From positions 1 to 44,765 of IMG/VR virus record IMGVR_UViG_3300020152_000001: a DNA stretch of 44,765 nucleotides, one strand, 5' to 3'. Position numbers and translations under genes: made by a program. Every line of letters starts with the position of its first letter. Position 1 is the stretch's first letter. Positions 31,485 to 40,768 of this stretch are shown here, one piece after another. Origin of the DNA: a virus. Taxonomy: Duplodnaviria > Heunggongvirae > Uroviricota > Caudoviricetes. Under the pieces are notes generated by a model that saw only the letters and a program-made list of their open reading frames with translations, had not been told where the DNA came from and did no database searches.

Positions 31485-32161
31485 TGCCGATCGTCGCCCA
31501 TCCGAATTTCAGTGCGTCTCCGTGGCCGCGACCAAGCGATCATCTGGCCATGTACGAAGCCGAGCAGTGCAAGCGTCAAGCTGTGACCGTCGATTGGCTG
31601 TTCCAATTCATGGCCGAGCACGACCTCGTCGCTTGGCACTTCGTCGAAGAATGCATCGACACCGACCCGTGGCGAGAGATCACTGGTATCGACGCTCAGA
31701 CTGACTTCGCTGAATTCTACCTCGACATCGCCGGAACCACACGCACGCTTGATGTCGAACCCAAAGACATCGTCTTCGTGCAGGTTCGCGACCTCGATCG
31801 CATCCAACCGGGCTGGCGGCAACATGTAGCCCACGCCGCCGGTCTCGAAGTCAAAGGTTTTTACGACTTCATGGCCGCGCTTCGCGACGGCCGCAGCGGT
31901 CACGCCAGCGAGTGGCTTGAGTACGAGCCCAATCGCAAGTTTCTGCTTTCGCTGTTGAAGACGGAGTTCGTGGCCTCGAAGTCGGGCTTTCATCCGATGC
32001 AAACGGCGCCGCTGAAGACCTGGGTCGAGCTGCTGTTTGAAGACCGCGTCACCGTGGTCGAGGCCACGCTCGACAGCCGTTACAGCGATGTCGACTGGGT
32101 GGGGCGAGATCATAGGCCCCTTGGAAAAGTCTATGCCGGTTGGAGGTTCATCTCGAAATGA
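31484..32161 (+). CDS. hypothetical protein
   Basis: 225-aa coupled ORF. Confidence 0.75.
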   Translation: MPIVAHPNFSASPWPRPSDHLAMYEAEQCKRQAVTVDWLFQFMAEHDLVAWHFVEECIDTDPWREITGIDAQTDFAEFYLDIAGTTRTLDVEPKDIVFVQVRDLDRIQPGWRQHVAHAAGLEVKGFYDFMAALRDGRSGHASEWLEYEPNRKFLLSLLKTEFVASKSGFHPMQTAPLKTWVELLFEDRVTVVEATLDSRYSDVDWVGRDHRPLGKVYAGWRFISK

Positions 32162-32355
32162 ACGACATCCTCAAAGCCATGCTCGTGAAAAACGTCGAGC
32201 AATCGCTGTCGACGCTGGAGGCTCAGGCCACGGCGCTGAAGTCGATGTTCGACATGGGCCAACACACCGACGCCACCGAGGCCTTCCGCGCGGACATCGA
32301 GAACCGCGCCGCCGAACTCCGGGCCGCTCTCGATCGCTTCAAGGCCGAGGCCTGA
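32158..32355 (+). CDS. hypothetical protein
   Basis: ATGA overlap; GGAGG RBS. Confidence 0.7.
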   Translation: MNDILKAMLVKNVEQSLSTLEAQATALKSMFDMGQHTDATEAFRADIENRAAELRAALDRFKAEA

Positions 32356-32681
32356 TGGACATCAACAATCCCCCCCACATGCTGGCCTTTTGCTTCGCGG
32401 CGTCAGTGGCTATCCTCGCCGTCATCTACGGCGTCGCCTACGCCATCCGCCTCGGCCACCGCATCGCCAACAAGATTCGCTTGGGTCCGGCTCCGCACAC
32501 CTACCTCATCGCCATCCGAGATGATGGCAGCAAAGAAACGGCGACGTTGCGTGGCGACGCGGTGACGCTCCGCGAGATCAAACGCGAAGCCGCCCGTAAT
32601 TTCCGCATGTGGAAGGAAATCGTCGCCATTGAAGCCGTCGACGGACGCCACCACGGACTTCGCATCGAGCGTCCGGCATGA
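32355..32681 (+). CDS. membrane-anchored hypothetical protein
   Basis: N-terminal TM helix; TGATG overlap. Confidence 0.7.
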   Translation: MDINNPPHMLAFCFAASVAILAVIYGVAYAIRLGHRIANKIRLGPAPHTYLIAIRDDGSKETATLRGDAVTLREIKREAARNFRMWKEIVAIEAVDGRHHGLRIERPA

Positions 32682-32911
32682 TCAAGGAACGCTTCATCGA
32701 AGGCGTGGGAACGATCGCCGGAGCCTTCGCACTTGTTGCCACCATCGTCTGGGCTGCGTTTGATCGCGTCTGGAGGAAGGTCAGCTATCGTCCTCGCACC
32801 AGCATCGACATCGAGTGCGTCGACCCGGATCACCCGTGGGTCTCGCTCATTGGCGTGAACGATGGCGTCAGCCCTACTTACTTCGTCGAGGTGCCACGTG
32901 AGGAACGCTGA
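32678..32911 (+). CDS. membrane-anchored hypothetical protein
   Basis: ATGA overlap. Confidence 0.65.
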   Translation: MIKERFIEGVGTIAGAFALVATIVWAAFDRVWRKVSYRPRTSIDIECVDPDHPWVSLIGVNDGVSPTYFVEVPREER

Positions 32912-33098
32912 CACTTACAAGCTAACGTCGAAGAGCGACAGCCGTCGCGACTTCAGCACGCATTGCTTCCGCAGCTTCGGCAAGGTCGCACGCGAGGCCA
33001 TACGCCGATACGGAGTCTCTGATTTCTACTTCGAAGGCGACGGCGTCGAACTCGATCCCGTTGAAGACCTCGGCATCGAGGCGGAGCTGCTGACATGA
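32898..33098 (+). CDS. hypothetical protein
   Basis: GTG with GAGG RBS. Confidence 0.55.
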   Translation: MRNADTYKLTSKSDSRRDFSTHCFRSFGKVAREAIRRYGVSDFYFEGDGVELDPVEDLGIEAELLT

Positions 33099-33289
33099 TC
33101 GCCGCTGTCACCGGAGTCGTCTGGGCACTGTTCAGTGCCGTTATTGTCGGAGCGGGCTTGATCATCGGAGCTGCCGCCGCTGTCTGGATCATGTACGGCG
33201 CCGTCCAGCTTACGTTGAAGATCAAACGCAGCGTCCGCAGTTTCATGTGGATGCGCCGGCAACGTCGATTGAACCGGAGGAAAGCGTGA
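33095..33289 (+). CDS. small membrane protein
   Basis: Long hydrophobic stretch, basic tail. Confidence 0.65.
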   Translation: MIAAVTGVVWALFSAVIVGAGLIIGAAAAVWIMYGAVQLTLKIKRSVRSFMWMRRQRRLNRRKA

Positions 33290-33696
33290 GCGCAGTAGAA
33301 TTCACGGCGACGTTTGGGATCACTCCCGGTTACAGCTTCGCCGACTTCAGCGAGATCACCCGTGACGACGGGCCGGCTCTTGACGCTTGGACGATCGCCA
33401 TGGAAGCCGAGTACGAGCGCTCCGGCATCGTCGTCGGCGCTATGGCCTCCGCTCAGCGCGTACTCTACCCGAAGAAGTTCGGCTGCCCGCCTCGTGGCGA
33501 ACTCGTTGTCGTCTTCACCGGCGTCAGCAACCCCAACTTCGTCGACCGCATCGCCTTCAAAGAAGCGGTGCAGAGAGTCGTCGCCGCCGTGAAGGCCAAG
33601 CTGAAGCAAGAACGCGTGACCTTGACCTTCGTCGACGTGCGTCGGCATGTCTACTTCGACGGCGACAAAGTCAGCGCATTCGAAGGCCGGAGCTGA
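33286..33696 (+). CDS. hypothetical protein
   Basis: GTG with GGAGG RBS. Confidence 0.75.
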   Translation: MSAVEFTATFGITPGYSFADFSEITRDDGPALDAWTIAMEAEYERSGIVVGAMASAQRVLYPKKFGCPPRGELVVVFTGVSNPNFVDRIAFKEAVQRVVAAVKAKLKQERVTLTFVDVRRHVYFDGDKVSAFEGRS

Positions 33697-33698
33697 CC

Positions 33699-34013
33699 AT
33701 GCACGTCATCACCTTCTGCAACGTCGAGCGCGAACCCCAACACGCGTTCAAGGGCTCTGAAGCGCAGCCGTTCGATGTCGCGCCCGAGAACCAATTCTTC
33801 TGGATCAGCGCCAGTCGCGGACCCAGGATCAACAACACGTGGCGCGGCAACGTGAAGTCGGACCCGACGTGCGTCATCGTCGTCGACAAAGGCTTGCGTG
33901 TTCACGTGTGGCCGCAGACCCCGCCCCTTCTCGAATTCGAAACCGCGACTCACGAACTCCAACGTCGCATGAGCACGATCCCGGCGATGCTAGAATACAG
34001 GAGCAAATACTGA
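33699..34013 (+). CDS. hypothetical protein
   Basis: GGAG RBS. Confidence 0.7.
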   Translation: MHVITFCNVEREPQHAFKGSEAQPFDVAPENQFFWISASRGPRINNTWRGNVKSDPTCVIVVDKGLRVHVWPQTPPLLEFETATHELQRRMSTIPAMLEYRSKY

Positions 34014-34062
34014 TGCAAGCGAAATGGGAAGAGGTCGACAGGACCACGATCGAACGCCTGAG

Positions 34063-34102
34063 GTAATTATCGCTTGACTTCTGGCGTCAGTTTTGCTTAC
34101 GC
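34063..34102 (+). promoter_or_regulatory. promoter
   Basis: CGC-TTGACT-N17-TTACGC. Confidence 0.55.
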
Positions 34103-34131
34103 TATGCAACTGAAACGGAGGAACGGTTAAC

Positions 34132-34833
34132 TTGGACAGGAAGATGGACAGGCCTTGGTTCACGGCGTCGCCGTGCAACTTCGCTATCGGCATGCTGCTG
34201 ATGGACCCGGTGACCTCGTCCATGGGCCGTGTGATGCCGCTCCAGGAAGGCGAGCGTCGCCTCGGCTGGTTCATCCTCCCTGCATTCCAACGCCCGGCAG
34301 TCTGGACGCGGCAGCAGCAGGTGCTCTTCATCGAAAGCATCTGGGCCGGACTGCCGATCGGAGTCTGGATTTACAACCGTCTCGAAAATCAAAACTCACA
34401 GTGGGACGGGGTTCTGCTCGACGGCCAACAGCGCATCGGCGCCATCCTGGCCTACGTCAACAACGAGTTTCGGGTTCACGGGTATCTCTGGTCCGAACTC
34501 ACGGACATCGATCGCCGCTGCTTCGCGATGTTCCACTTCGCCAGTCTCGAAACCCATATCGACGACGAAGCGCGGCTGCGGGACATCTACAATCGGCTCG
34601 CTTACGGCGGGACCCCACACGCTGCCGCTGATCGAGATACGGGACGCCGCACGTCCTACATCACCTACGAAAGCGTCCAGTACGCCGTCGACCTGGAGGA
34701 TGGCGTCGCCGTCAAGGTGACGCGCCTGGGCCAGAAGGCACGCGGCGAGATGGGCGAAATTCAGTGGCAGTTCGGCGGCGAAAAGAACGCCCGCATCCTC
34801 CACATCATCTTCGCGGCCGAGAACGATGTCTAA
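34132..34833 (+). CDS. DUF262 (ParB-like) domain protein
   Basis: PAFQRPAVW, FIESI..GLPIG, LLDGQQR, YNRL..GG motifs. Confidence 0.85.
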   Translation: MDRKMDRPWFTASPCNFAIGMLLMDPVTSSMGRVMPLQEGERRLGWFILPAFQRPAVWTRQQQVLFIESIWAGLPIGVWIYNRLENQNSQWDGVLLDGQQRIGAILAYVNNEFRVHGYLWSELTDIDRRCFAMFHFASLETHIDDEARLRDIYNRLAYGGTPHAAADRDTGRRTSYITYESVQYAVDLEDGVAVKVTRLGQKARGEMGEIQWQFGGEKNARILHIIFAAENDV

Positions 34834-35176
34834 GCGCATCGTCCGCCGCCACAAGAGGCGCCCGCCGAAGGCGCAGTGCCAACGCCTGCACGCGATCAAG
34901 CGCGGCATCCAGCGCCACGGTATCCAATACACCTCGGATGATCTCAGCGCCTTCGCTACGCAGATCACGCGGGGTGCCGGCGTCCACGTGAGGAAAGAGA
35001 CCAATCGCATCAGCATCTGGGATGTCTGGTGCGACAAGAAAAACGGCTGGCTCCGCGTCGCCTACGATCGCACGCGTCACAGCATCGCCAGCATCTATCC
35101 CGAAATCGAGAGCACCCAACGCGCCAACGACAACGAAGCGTCTTACATCGAATGCCATCTCGCGAGGCCGACATGA
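34826..35176 (+). CDS. basic hypothetical protein containing ANDN
   Basis: Coupled ORF. Confidence 0.7.
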   Translation: MSKRIVRRHKRRPPKAQCQRLHAIKRGIQRHGIQYTSDDLSAFATQITRGAGVHVRKETNRISIWDVWCDKKNGWLRVAYDRTRHSIASIYPEIESTQRANDNEASYIECHLARPT

Positions 35177-35379
35177 GCGCGGCCCGCAACTGGCGTCACC
35201 AACCCTTCGACAACGGGTCCGAGCCCCGTGCGGAGGTCCAAGCAAATCGTCGCCGTCGTCGGCGCCGGCGCAGCGACAGTCCGGCGGCTTCGTTCGGCAT
35301 GTGGCTCTGCGTCCTCAGCGCCTGGGGTCTGGGTGGGGCCACTGTTCTCAGCTTCATTTTCTTCGGGGTGCTGCAGTGA
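35173..35379 (+). CDS. small membrane protein
   Basis: ATGA overlap; C-terminal TM helix. Confidence 0.6.
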   Translation: MSAARNWRHQPFDNGSEPRAEVQANRRRRRRRRSDSPAASFGMWLCVLSAWGLGGATVLSFIFFGVLQ

Positions 35380-35621
35380 TTGTGCGGCTGATCCCCATGC
35401 CTTTCCGCATCGGCGAGAACCCCGATGTCGAGATGCCGGCGCTGCCGCGTCGTGGCGACTTCCTGGAACTCTGGGAGCCCGGCCTTCGTGGGCGCTTCTT
35501 CCGCGTGGCCAAAGTCGTGCATCGCGTCGACCTCGTCGAAGGCCAAACCAAAGTCGAAGTCTATCTTCGGTCTCGTGGGCCGATCATGTGGCTGCTTGAA
35601 AAGCTGGCGGCGTTCTCATGA
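35376..35621 (+). CDS. hypothetical protein
   Basis: GTGA overlap. Confidence 0.6.
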   Translation: MIVRLIPMPFRIGENPDVEMPALPRRGDFLELWEPGLRGRFFRVAKVVHRVDLVEGQTKVEVYLRSRGPIMWLLEKLAAFS

Positions 35622-35749
35622 TCGCGGGCATTGGTCTCTTCATCTTTACGGCGGTGATGCTCCGCGTCATCGGCGACAGCTACACGCAGTCGGCCGACGC
35701 CTGCATCGAGCACGTGCAGCGTATCTGCGCAGAGGTCACCGATGCCTAG
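35618..35749 (+). CDS. small membrane peptide (43 aa)
   Basis: ATGA overlap; own translation. Confidence 0.55.
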   Translation: MIAGIGLFIFTAVMLRVIGDSYTQSADACIEHVQRICAEVTDA

Positions 35750-36068
35750 ACCCAACGCACCCAAAAAGCCGAAACTGACCCCGTGGGAGTTGCATGTTCT
35801 CGGCACCGCGTATGAGTCCTTCCGCCGGCAGCCTTTCGGCTACAGGCACGGCGTCATGGCGGCGCAGATCGTCAGCGATGTCTGGGACGGCCTCTTCACT
35901 CGCGACGAAGTCCGCTCTCTGGTGAAGAAGAAGAAGATCGTCTTCGAAATTCCCGTTGGCCGAGGCCACAACGGCGTCAGCACCGTGACCTGGGAGCTGA
36001 CGGCCTACGGACTGGAACTCTTCCGCTGGTGGTTTGAAATGGAGGCTACCCGTGCCCGAGCAGCCTGA
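35742..36068 (+). CDS. hypothetical protein, possibly winged-helix
   Basis: Ends LVKKK..WELTAYG..; GAGG RBS. Confidence 0.7.
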   Translation: MPRPNAPKKPKLTPWELHVLGTAYESFRRQPFGYRHGVMAAQIVSDVWDGLFTRDEVRSLVKKKKIVFEIPVGRGHNGVSTVTWELTAYGLELFRWWFEMEATRARAA

Positions 36069-36609
36069 AGTCTACAATCCCCGCGAAGCCGCCTTCAAGC
36101 TCATCGAAGAGCTGATCGAGAAGATGGACTACGTCGGCACCGGCAACAGCAGCCGAGCGGCAGCGCAAGAGCAGCGCGAGGACGAATCCCGCCTCGCCGC
36201 CATCAAGGCCGCCTTCGCTGCGGAGGCGCCGGCGGACGCCACGAAGTTATTCTTTCTGAGCGCGTCCGCTGGCGAATACGACGACTTTAGAGAGTGGCCG
36301 GTCGCGAACTACCGCGACTACGACACGGCGCAGCGTGACGCCGAACTCGCGGTGCAACAGCAGAAGGCTTACGCGAAGGCGCGGCGAAAAGAGGACAAGC
36401 GACACGACGACGCCGTGACGAAGCTCCAGCGCGAGTACGGCCGCAACTCCGACCGCGACGCCTACAATGAAGCCTTCGGGACTCTCTGGGAGCAACACCA
36501 AGCGCGCCTGAAAGAACTCGTCGCGGCGCACCTCATCATCGATCCCGATGCCGAGTCATACGTCTTTCACGAAATCAATTACGCAGTATCGGAACTACCC
36601 CTGAGATGA
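36052..36609 (+). CDS. hypothetical protein
   Basis: GTG with GGAGG RBS. Confidence 0.75.
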   Translation: MPEQPEVYNPREAAFKLIEELIEKMDYVGTGNSSRAAAQEQREDESRLAAIKAAFAAEAPADATKLFFLSASAGEYDDFREWPVANYRDYDTAQRDAELAVQQQKAYAKARRKEDKRHDDAVTKLQREYGRNSDRDAYNEAFGTLWEQHQARLKELVAAHLIIDPDAESYVFHEINYAVSELPLR

Positions 36610-37148
36610 GCGAAGAAAAGAAAGAAATCATCGACGTTCTCCAAGGCTGCATCGACAGCCTGAAGTACGTCAACGACGAGTTCGAAGGCCTCAGCGGCTG
36701 GGGCGTTCGCGCCGAGCGCATGGGCAAGGCCGCTCAGCTCATCGAGAAGCTGAAAGTCGAACCCCAAGGCATGCGTCTGGCCGAATACATGATGCTCAAA
36801 GAATACGAGCGCGACCTCTTCGGCTACACGCTGACGAAGCTCCTGACGCCGGAGGCCGCAGATGCCCGGGTCACCGCCTACGGCAACGTCTACATCGTAC
36901 CCATGGCCTACAGCTACGCACATGGCCTCGGCATCGACATCCACATTCACGACCATCCCGGCAGCGTTCCGCCCTACGCGTCGGTGCCGTGCCATAACAC
37001 CCGCGTCTGGCGCGTGAACGTGCCCCGTTATCAAATTACGGACTCGATGCTGGCGTGGGCTCTGCGCCGCCGTTTCGAGATCGACCACTACGACAGCAAG
37101 TGGCGCATGGAATTGGCGCAAGCGGCTTCGGGGAAAGTCGTTGTCTGA
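36606..37148 (+). CDS. hypothetical protein
   Basis: ATGA overlap. Confidence 0.75.
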   Translation: MSEEKKEIIDVLQGCIDSLKYVNDEFEGLSGWGVRAERMGKAAQLIEKLKVEPQGMRLAEYMMLKEYERDLFGYTLTKLLTPEAADARVTAYGNVYIVPMAYSYAHGLGIDIHIHDHPGSVPPYASVPCHNTRVWRVNVPRYQITDSMLAWALRRRFEIDHYDSKWRMELAQAASGKVVV

Positions 37149-37716
37149 GTCCCAACCCATTTCCGGCGAACGCATCGAGCGCGTTCTCGGCATGCTGACG
37201 ATGTCGAGCGTGGCCTCGTGCTCATGCGATACCAAGTCACCTGACCCCAACTTCCACGCGGTCACGTGCTTGTATCGCACGCTCCAAGAAGCCTACACTC
37301 TCATCTCCGAACTCGTCGGCCGCAATCCCGGCTGGCAGATGCCCAACCTCTTCGATCCGCCGGACACGTTGCCGAAGCCACTGGGGCCGCCGTTTGCCCC
37401 GGTGTCGCCGATCGAGATGCCGCCTTACGAATTCCAGCAAGGCGAAGGGCCATCGCAAGTGTCGTCGACGCCGGACACTCACTCGTTGCCACCGGGAATC
37501 ACGGTGACCGTGGTGCCGCCGCCGCAGAGCTACTATGTCGACCCCACGGCCGCAGAAATTCAGTATCGCCGGCTGACGACAGGGCAAGGCCTGAAAGCCT
37601 GCGAACGCGAACTCGTGCGAGATCGAGCCATCGTCGCCATCAAGAGCCTCGACGGCGGACCTCGTGACCTCCCCACCATCAAAGACATTCTCACGGTTTT
37701 GATCAGAGCCCAATGA
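37141..37716 (+). CDS. Pro-rich hypothetical protein
   Basis: TTG start; operon position. Confidence 0.65.
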   Translation: MSESQPISGERIERVLGMLTMSSVASCSCDTKSPDPNFHAVTCLYRTLQEAYTLISELVGRNPGWQMPNLFDPPDTLPKPLGPPFAPVSPIEMPPYEFQQGEGPSQVSSTPDTHSLPPGITVTVVPPPQSYYVDPTAAEIQYRRLTTGQGLKACERELVRDRAIVAIKSLDGGPRDLPTIKDILTVLIRAQ

Positions 37717-38615
37717 CGACGATTCCCACCTACTGCTCCGTTGAAGACAACATCCCCGAGGACTGGCGGGACTATGAAGTCTACGACCGAAAAGCCGGCC
37801 TTGTGTTGAAGGACGTTGTCGAGGTCGACACCAACTGTTCGAAGCCGTGGGCGCGCGTCTACATTCTCGACTCCAAGGGCAATTTGCAGTTCGACAAGTG
37901 GGGCGCAGCTCTCACCGAGATCAAGCACGGCGACTTCGAGATACGTCTGAGCGATTGGGCCAAGGAACGCCGCGACGCCGAGAAGAAGGCCGGTGAAGTC
38001 AGGCTGAGCTACGTCAGCGAATCCGACTTCGGGCGCTTCCTGAAGACTCCGCTGCCTCCTGGGAAGTTCGTGCCGTTGTCTCGGAGTCTCGCACAGGGCG
38101 GCAGCGTCACCGGCCGCTCGTCGGCGAAAGACGCCAACGGCAACGCTCCTGGCGCCGCAGCACCTGCGCCTGTAGTCAACGGCGGCGTCACGATCACTAT
38201 CAACTCGAAGGACCTCGCTGACGATTACAAGAAGGGCGCCTTCGATCTCGATGCCAAGATCAAAGAAATGGTCGCTCGCAAGGCCAAGCAACTGGACCGT
38301 GATCTCGCACGCTTCGAAGACGACGGCGGACCCTCAGGCGACCGCATTGTCACCGTACATCCTCGCGCTCTGGAGCTGCTCAACGATGACGAGCGTAGCC
38401 ACCACGACGCTTTGATGAACCACGTTGCCGGCGAAGTTGTCGAGCAAACGGCGGAGACGATTCTCAAAGCCATCTTCGCTCAGTTTCCCGAATACGAATT
38501 CGTGCGCGTCGATCGTCGCTCCAGCGAGCCCGTAGCCGTGCTCCGCCGCCGCGATCCCCAGTCGCTGATCGGCGACAGCGGGGCCGAATTCACGTGGCCG
38601 GGTTGGATTCGATGA
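37713..38615 (+). CDS. hypothetical protein
   Basis: 300-aa coupled ORF. Confidence 0.8.
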   Translation: MTTIPTYCSVEDNIPEDWRDYEVYDRKAGLVLKDVVEVDTNCSKPWARVYILDSKGNLQFDKWGAALTEIKHGDFEIRLSDWAKERRDAEKKAGEVRLSYVSESDFGRFLKTPLPPGKFVPLSRSLAQGGSVTGRSSAKDANGNAPGAAAPAPVVNGGVTITINSKDLADDYKKGAFDLDAKIKEMVARKAKQLDRDLARFEDDGGPSGDRIVTVHPRALELLNDDERSHHDALMNHVAGEVVEQTAETILKAIFAQFPEYEFVRVDRRSSEPVAVLRRRDPQSLIGDSGAEFTWPGWIR

Positions 38616-39061
38616 AGCGGATTGTCTTCCTCGAAGTCACGAGCTGGCGCGGAATCAGCATCGGAGCCGAGCACTATTACGGCCACCTCATCTCCTACAA
38701 CGGAGAGGGGCTGGACAAGGTTGAACTGAAGAGGAAGCTCACGGCGAAGGATGCCGTTGCTCTGAATAAAAAAGACAGCAGCATCACGTCTCATTCTCGG
38801 TGGAAGGCCGGCGAAGAGGTCGGTCGCTTCGACACACGCGAGCAAGTAAAAGTCGCAGCCTTAAAAGCCTTCGCCGAGCGCTTCAACAGCGACGACATCC
38901 TTCTCATGGGCCGCTATGTCGGCGGTGTCCCCGGAGAGCAGCCGTTGTCCGTGCCCGAGGAATGGGAGCGTAAGTTCGCGGCGCTGCGAGGGCCCAACCC
39001 CGACTACAAAGCCATCTCTGCTCTTGAGAAAGAGCTTTTTGAAGCCGGGTATCGCACATGA
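38612..39061 (+). CDS. hypothetical protein
   Basis: ATGA overlap. Confidence 0.75.
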   Translation: MKRIVFLEVTSWRGISIGAEHYYGHLISYNGEGLDKVELKRKLTAKDAVALNKKDSSITSHSRWKAGEEVGRFDTREQVKVAALKAFAERFNSDDILLMGRYVGGVPGEQPLSVPEEWERKFAALRGPNPDYKAISALEKELFEAGYRT

Positions 39062-39627
39062 GTGACGACTTCTCCGGCGACAACGTCGAATTCCATCGCG
39101 GCGAAGCTGCTGAAATCAAGAACTCGCTGACGGCGAAGCAGCGAACTCTCACGCCTAAGGCCTGGGCCGCTATCGTTCGCGCCAATCCCGGTATCCCCTT
39201 CGACGAACCCTATGTCGACACTCCGTCTCGTCGCTGGCGCGTCGTCAACTCCGAAGAGTTTCAGCACGAGCTCTACGCGCATCTCAAGCGCATCGGCGCC
39301 GGCCGTTTCAAATCCGTTACGGGTCCCGGCCGCAGCGGCGCCGTGGCCGCAGTCTTCGCCAGCCACTGGCTGGGGATTCCCTACGTACCGCCGCAGGGGC
39401 AATTCCCTCCGGCATTGCGTCCGGTTCTCATCATCGACACCGCCGAGTGGACTGGCGCCACTCTTCGCAAGGCTCAACGCAAACTCACCGAGCGCGGCAT
39501 CGAGAGCGAACGTCACGCCGTCTTCAACGAGAAGGCCAACGGCCTCGTGAAGTTCTGGTACGAGGACGCCGTTGTCCGGCGTCGTAATTTAGACCTACAA
39601 CCGTCAGGAGGAATTGACATTGTCTGA
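39058..39627 (+). CDS. type I phosphoribosyltransferase-like protein
   Basis: GPGRSG..ASHWLGIP and VLIIDTAEWTGATL (variant PRPP-binding loop). Confidence 0.7.
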   Translation: MSDDFSGDNVEFHRGEAAEIKNSLTAKQRTLTPKAWAAIVRANPGIPFDEPYVDTPSRRWRVVNSEEFQHELYAHLKRIGAGRFKSVTGPGRSGAVAAVFASHWLGIPYVPPQGQFPPALRPVLIIDTAEWTGATLRKAQRKLTERGIESERHAVFNEKANGLVKFWYEDAVVRRRNLDLQPSGGIDIV

Positions 39628-40093
39628 TAGCGCAGCACCCAACACAGATGAAGAGCTGGCGCAGGAGCGCGCCGAACACGCCGAGGAAATGCGGAAGCTC
39701 CGCGAAGCCCAAGAACGCGACACCGCAATGTGCTTGGGCTTCGGTCGGGCCGTGTCCAAAGTCGCGATGCAGCTTCGCGAGATGATCGATGCCGGCTATT
39801 TCAAAGCCTATCTCAGCGAGGAAGGCAGCAACGGCTTCGCCGTGCTCTCGCACCTCTGCAACGACTTCGATCGCGTGGCCTTCTGTGGTTTCTTCCCCAG
39901 CCGCAACCAAGCCATCAATCACGCAGTCGGCATGTCCAATGGTCCTGGCATGGGGCCCTACACGATCGTCGGCGTCACCGCTGACGGCGTCTGGATCGAA
40001 AGCGTCGGTCGCGATTACTGGGAAAAGGAATCACGACGCCGCGCCGAAGAGCAGAACCGCCAGCGACGCATTCGCTTGGCCGAGATCGGCTGA
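39620..40093 (+). CDS. hypothetical protein
   Basis: TTG with GGAGG RBS. Confidence 0.7.
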   Translation: MSDSAAPNTDEELAQERAEHAEEMRKLREAQERDTAMCLGFGRAVSKVAMQLREMIDAGYFKAYLSEEGSNGFAVLSHLCNDFDRVAFCGFFPSRNQAINHAVGMSNGPGMGPYTIVGVTADGVWIESVGRDYWEKESRRRAEEQNRQRRIRLAEIG

Positions 40094-40314
40094 TGAAGCG
40101 CAGCGAAGCCCGGCGGCGCGGACTCAAGAAGTACGCCCCCGATCAGCCGTGCGTTCACGGTCACCGCCTGCGCTACACTAGCACCGGCGGCTGCGTCGCC
40201 TGTCAGCAAGCAGCGAACGAGAAAACGCAGGCACAAACTCCCTACCACGAACGCGTCACCGGCGGCGGCGTTTGGGGCACCGAAATCGATGAGTTCTTGA
40301 ACGCCTATGAGTAG
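40093..40314 (+). CDS. small Cys/His protein
   Basis: PCVHGH..GCVAC, resembling the N-terminal module of phage HNH proteins. Confidence 0.65.
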   Translation: MKRSEARRRGLKKYAPDQPCVHGHRLRYTSTGGCVACQQAANEKTQAQTPYHERVTGGGVWGTEIDEFLNAYE

Positions 40315-40681
40315 CGTCCGCGAAGCTCCGAAATACAAGCGCCCGCCGATGGTGGTGGTGGAGCGAAGCCGAGAAGAGCGAATTCTCGGCCGCTTCGATG
40401 CCGACGATCGCGATCTCTTTCGCTTTAGCGAACCCGTGAAGCTCCGCGCTCCATCAAAAGGCCGGCGTCTTCGCGTCGTCGCGATTGAGCCCATGGGCGG
40501 CTACTGGCGCGTCACCGAGGCCTTCAGCGTCCGCACCAGCGAAGAGGTTCGGCTTCTCGACGGTCGGTCTCTCGATGTCCGCAATAGCGAAATCGAAGAG
40601 CGGACCCGGGATGTCTTCGACGCTGACGAGATCGACTACCTCCAGCGATGCATGGAGACCGGCCGCCGCCCAGACATTTGA
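40307..40681 (+). CDS. hypothetical protein
   Basis: Coupled ORF. Confidence 0.7.
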   Translation: MSSVREAPKYKRPPMVVVERSREERILGRFDADDRDLFRFSEPVKLRAPSKGRRLRVVAIEPMGGYWRVTEAFSVRTSEEVRLLDGRSLDVRNSEIEERTRDVFDADEIDYLQRCMETGRRPDI

Positions 40682-40706
40682 ACCCGTTGTTAACTCTCTT
40701 TTACGC

Positions 40707-40735
40707 TTGCAATTTTCCCTGACCTCTTGTAGGTT
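40707..40735 (+). promoter_or_regulatory. promoter
   Basis: CTTACGC overlapping TTGCAA-N17-TAGGTT. Confidence 0.5.
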
Positions 40736-40768
40736 CAGCTTACATTCGAGAGAGACGGAGAAACGGGA

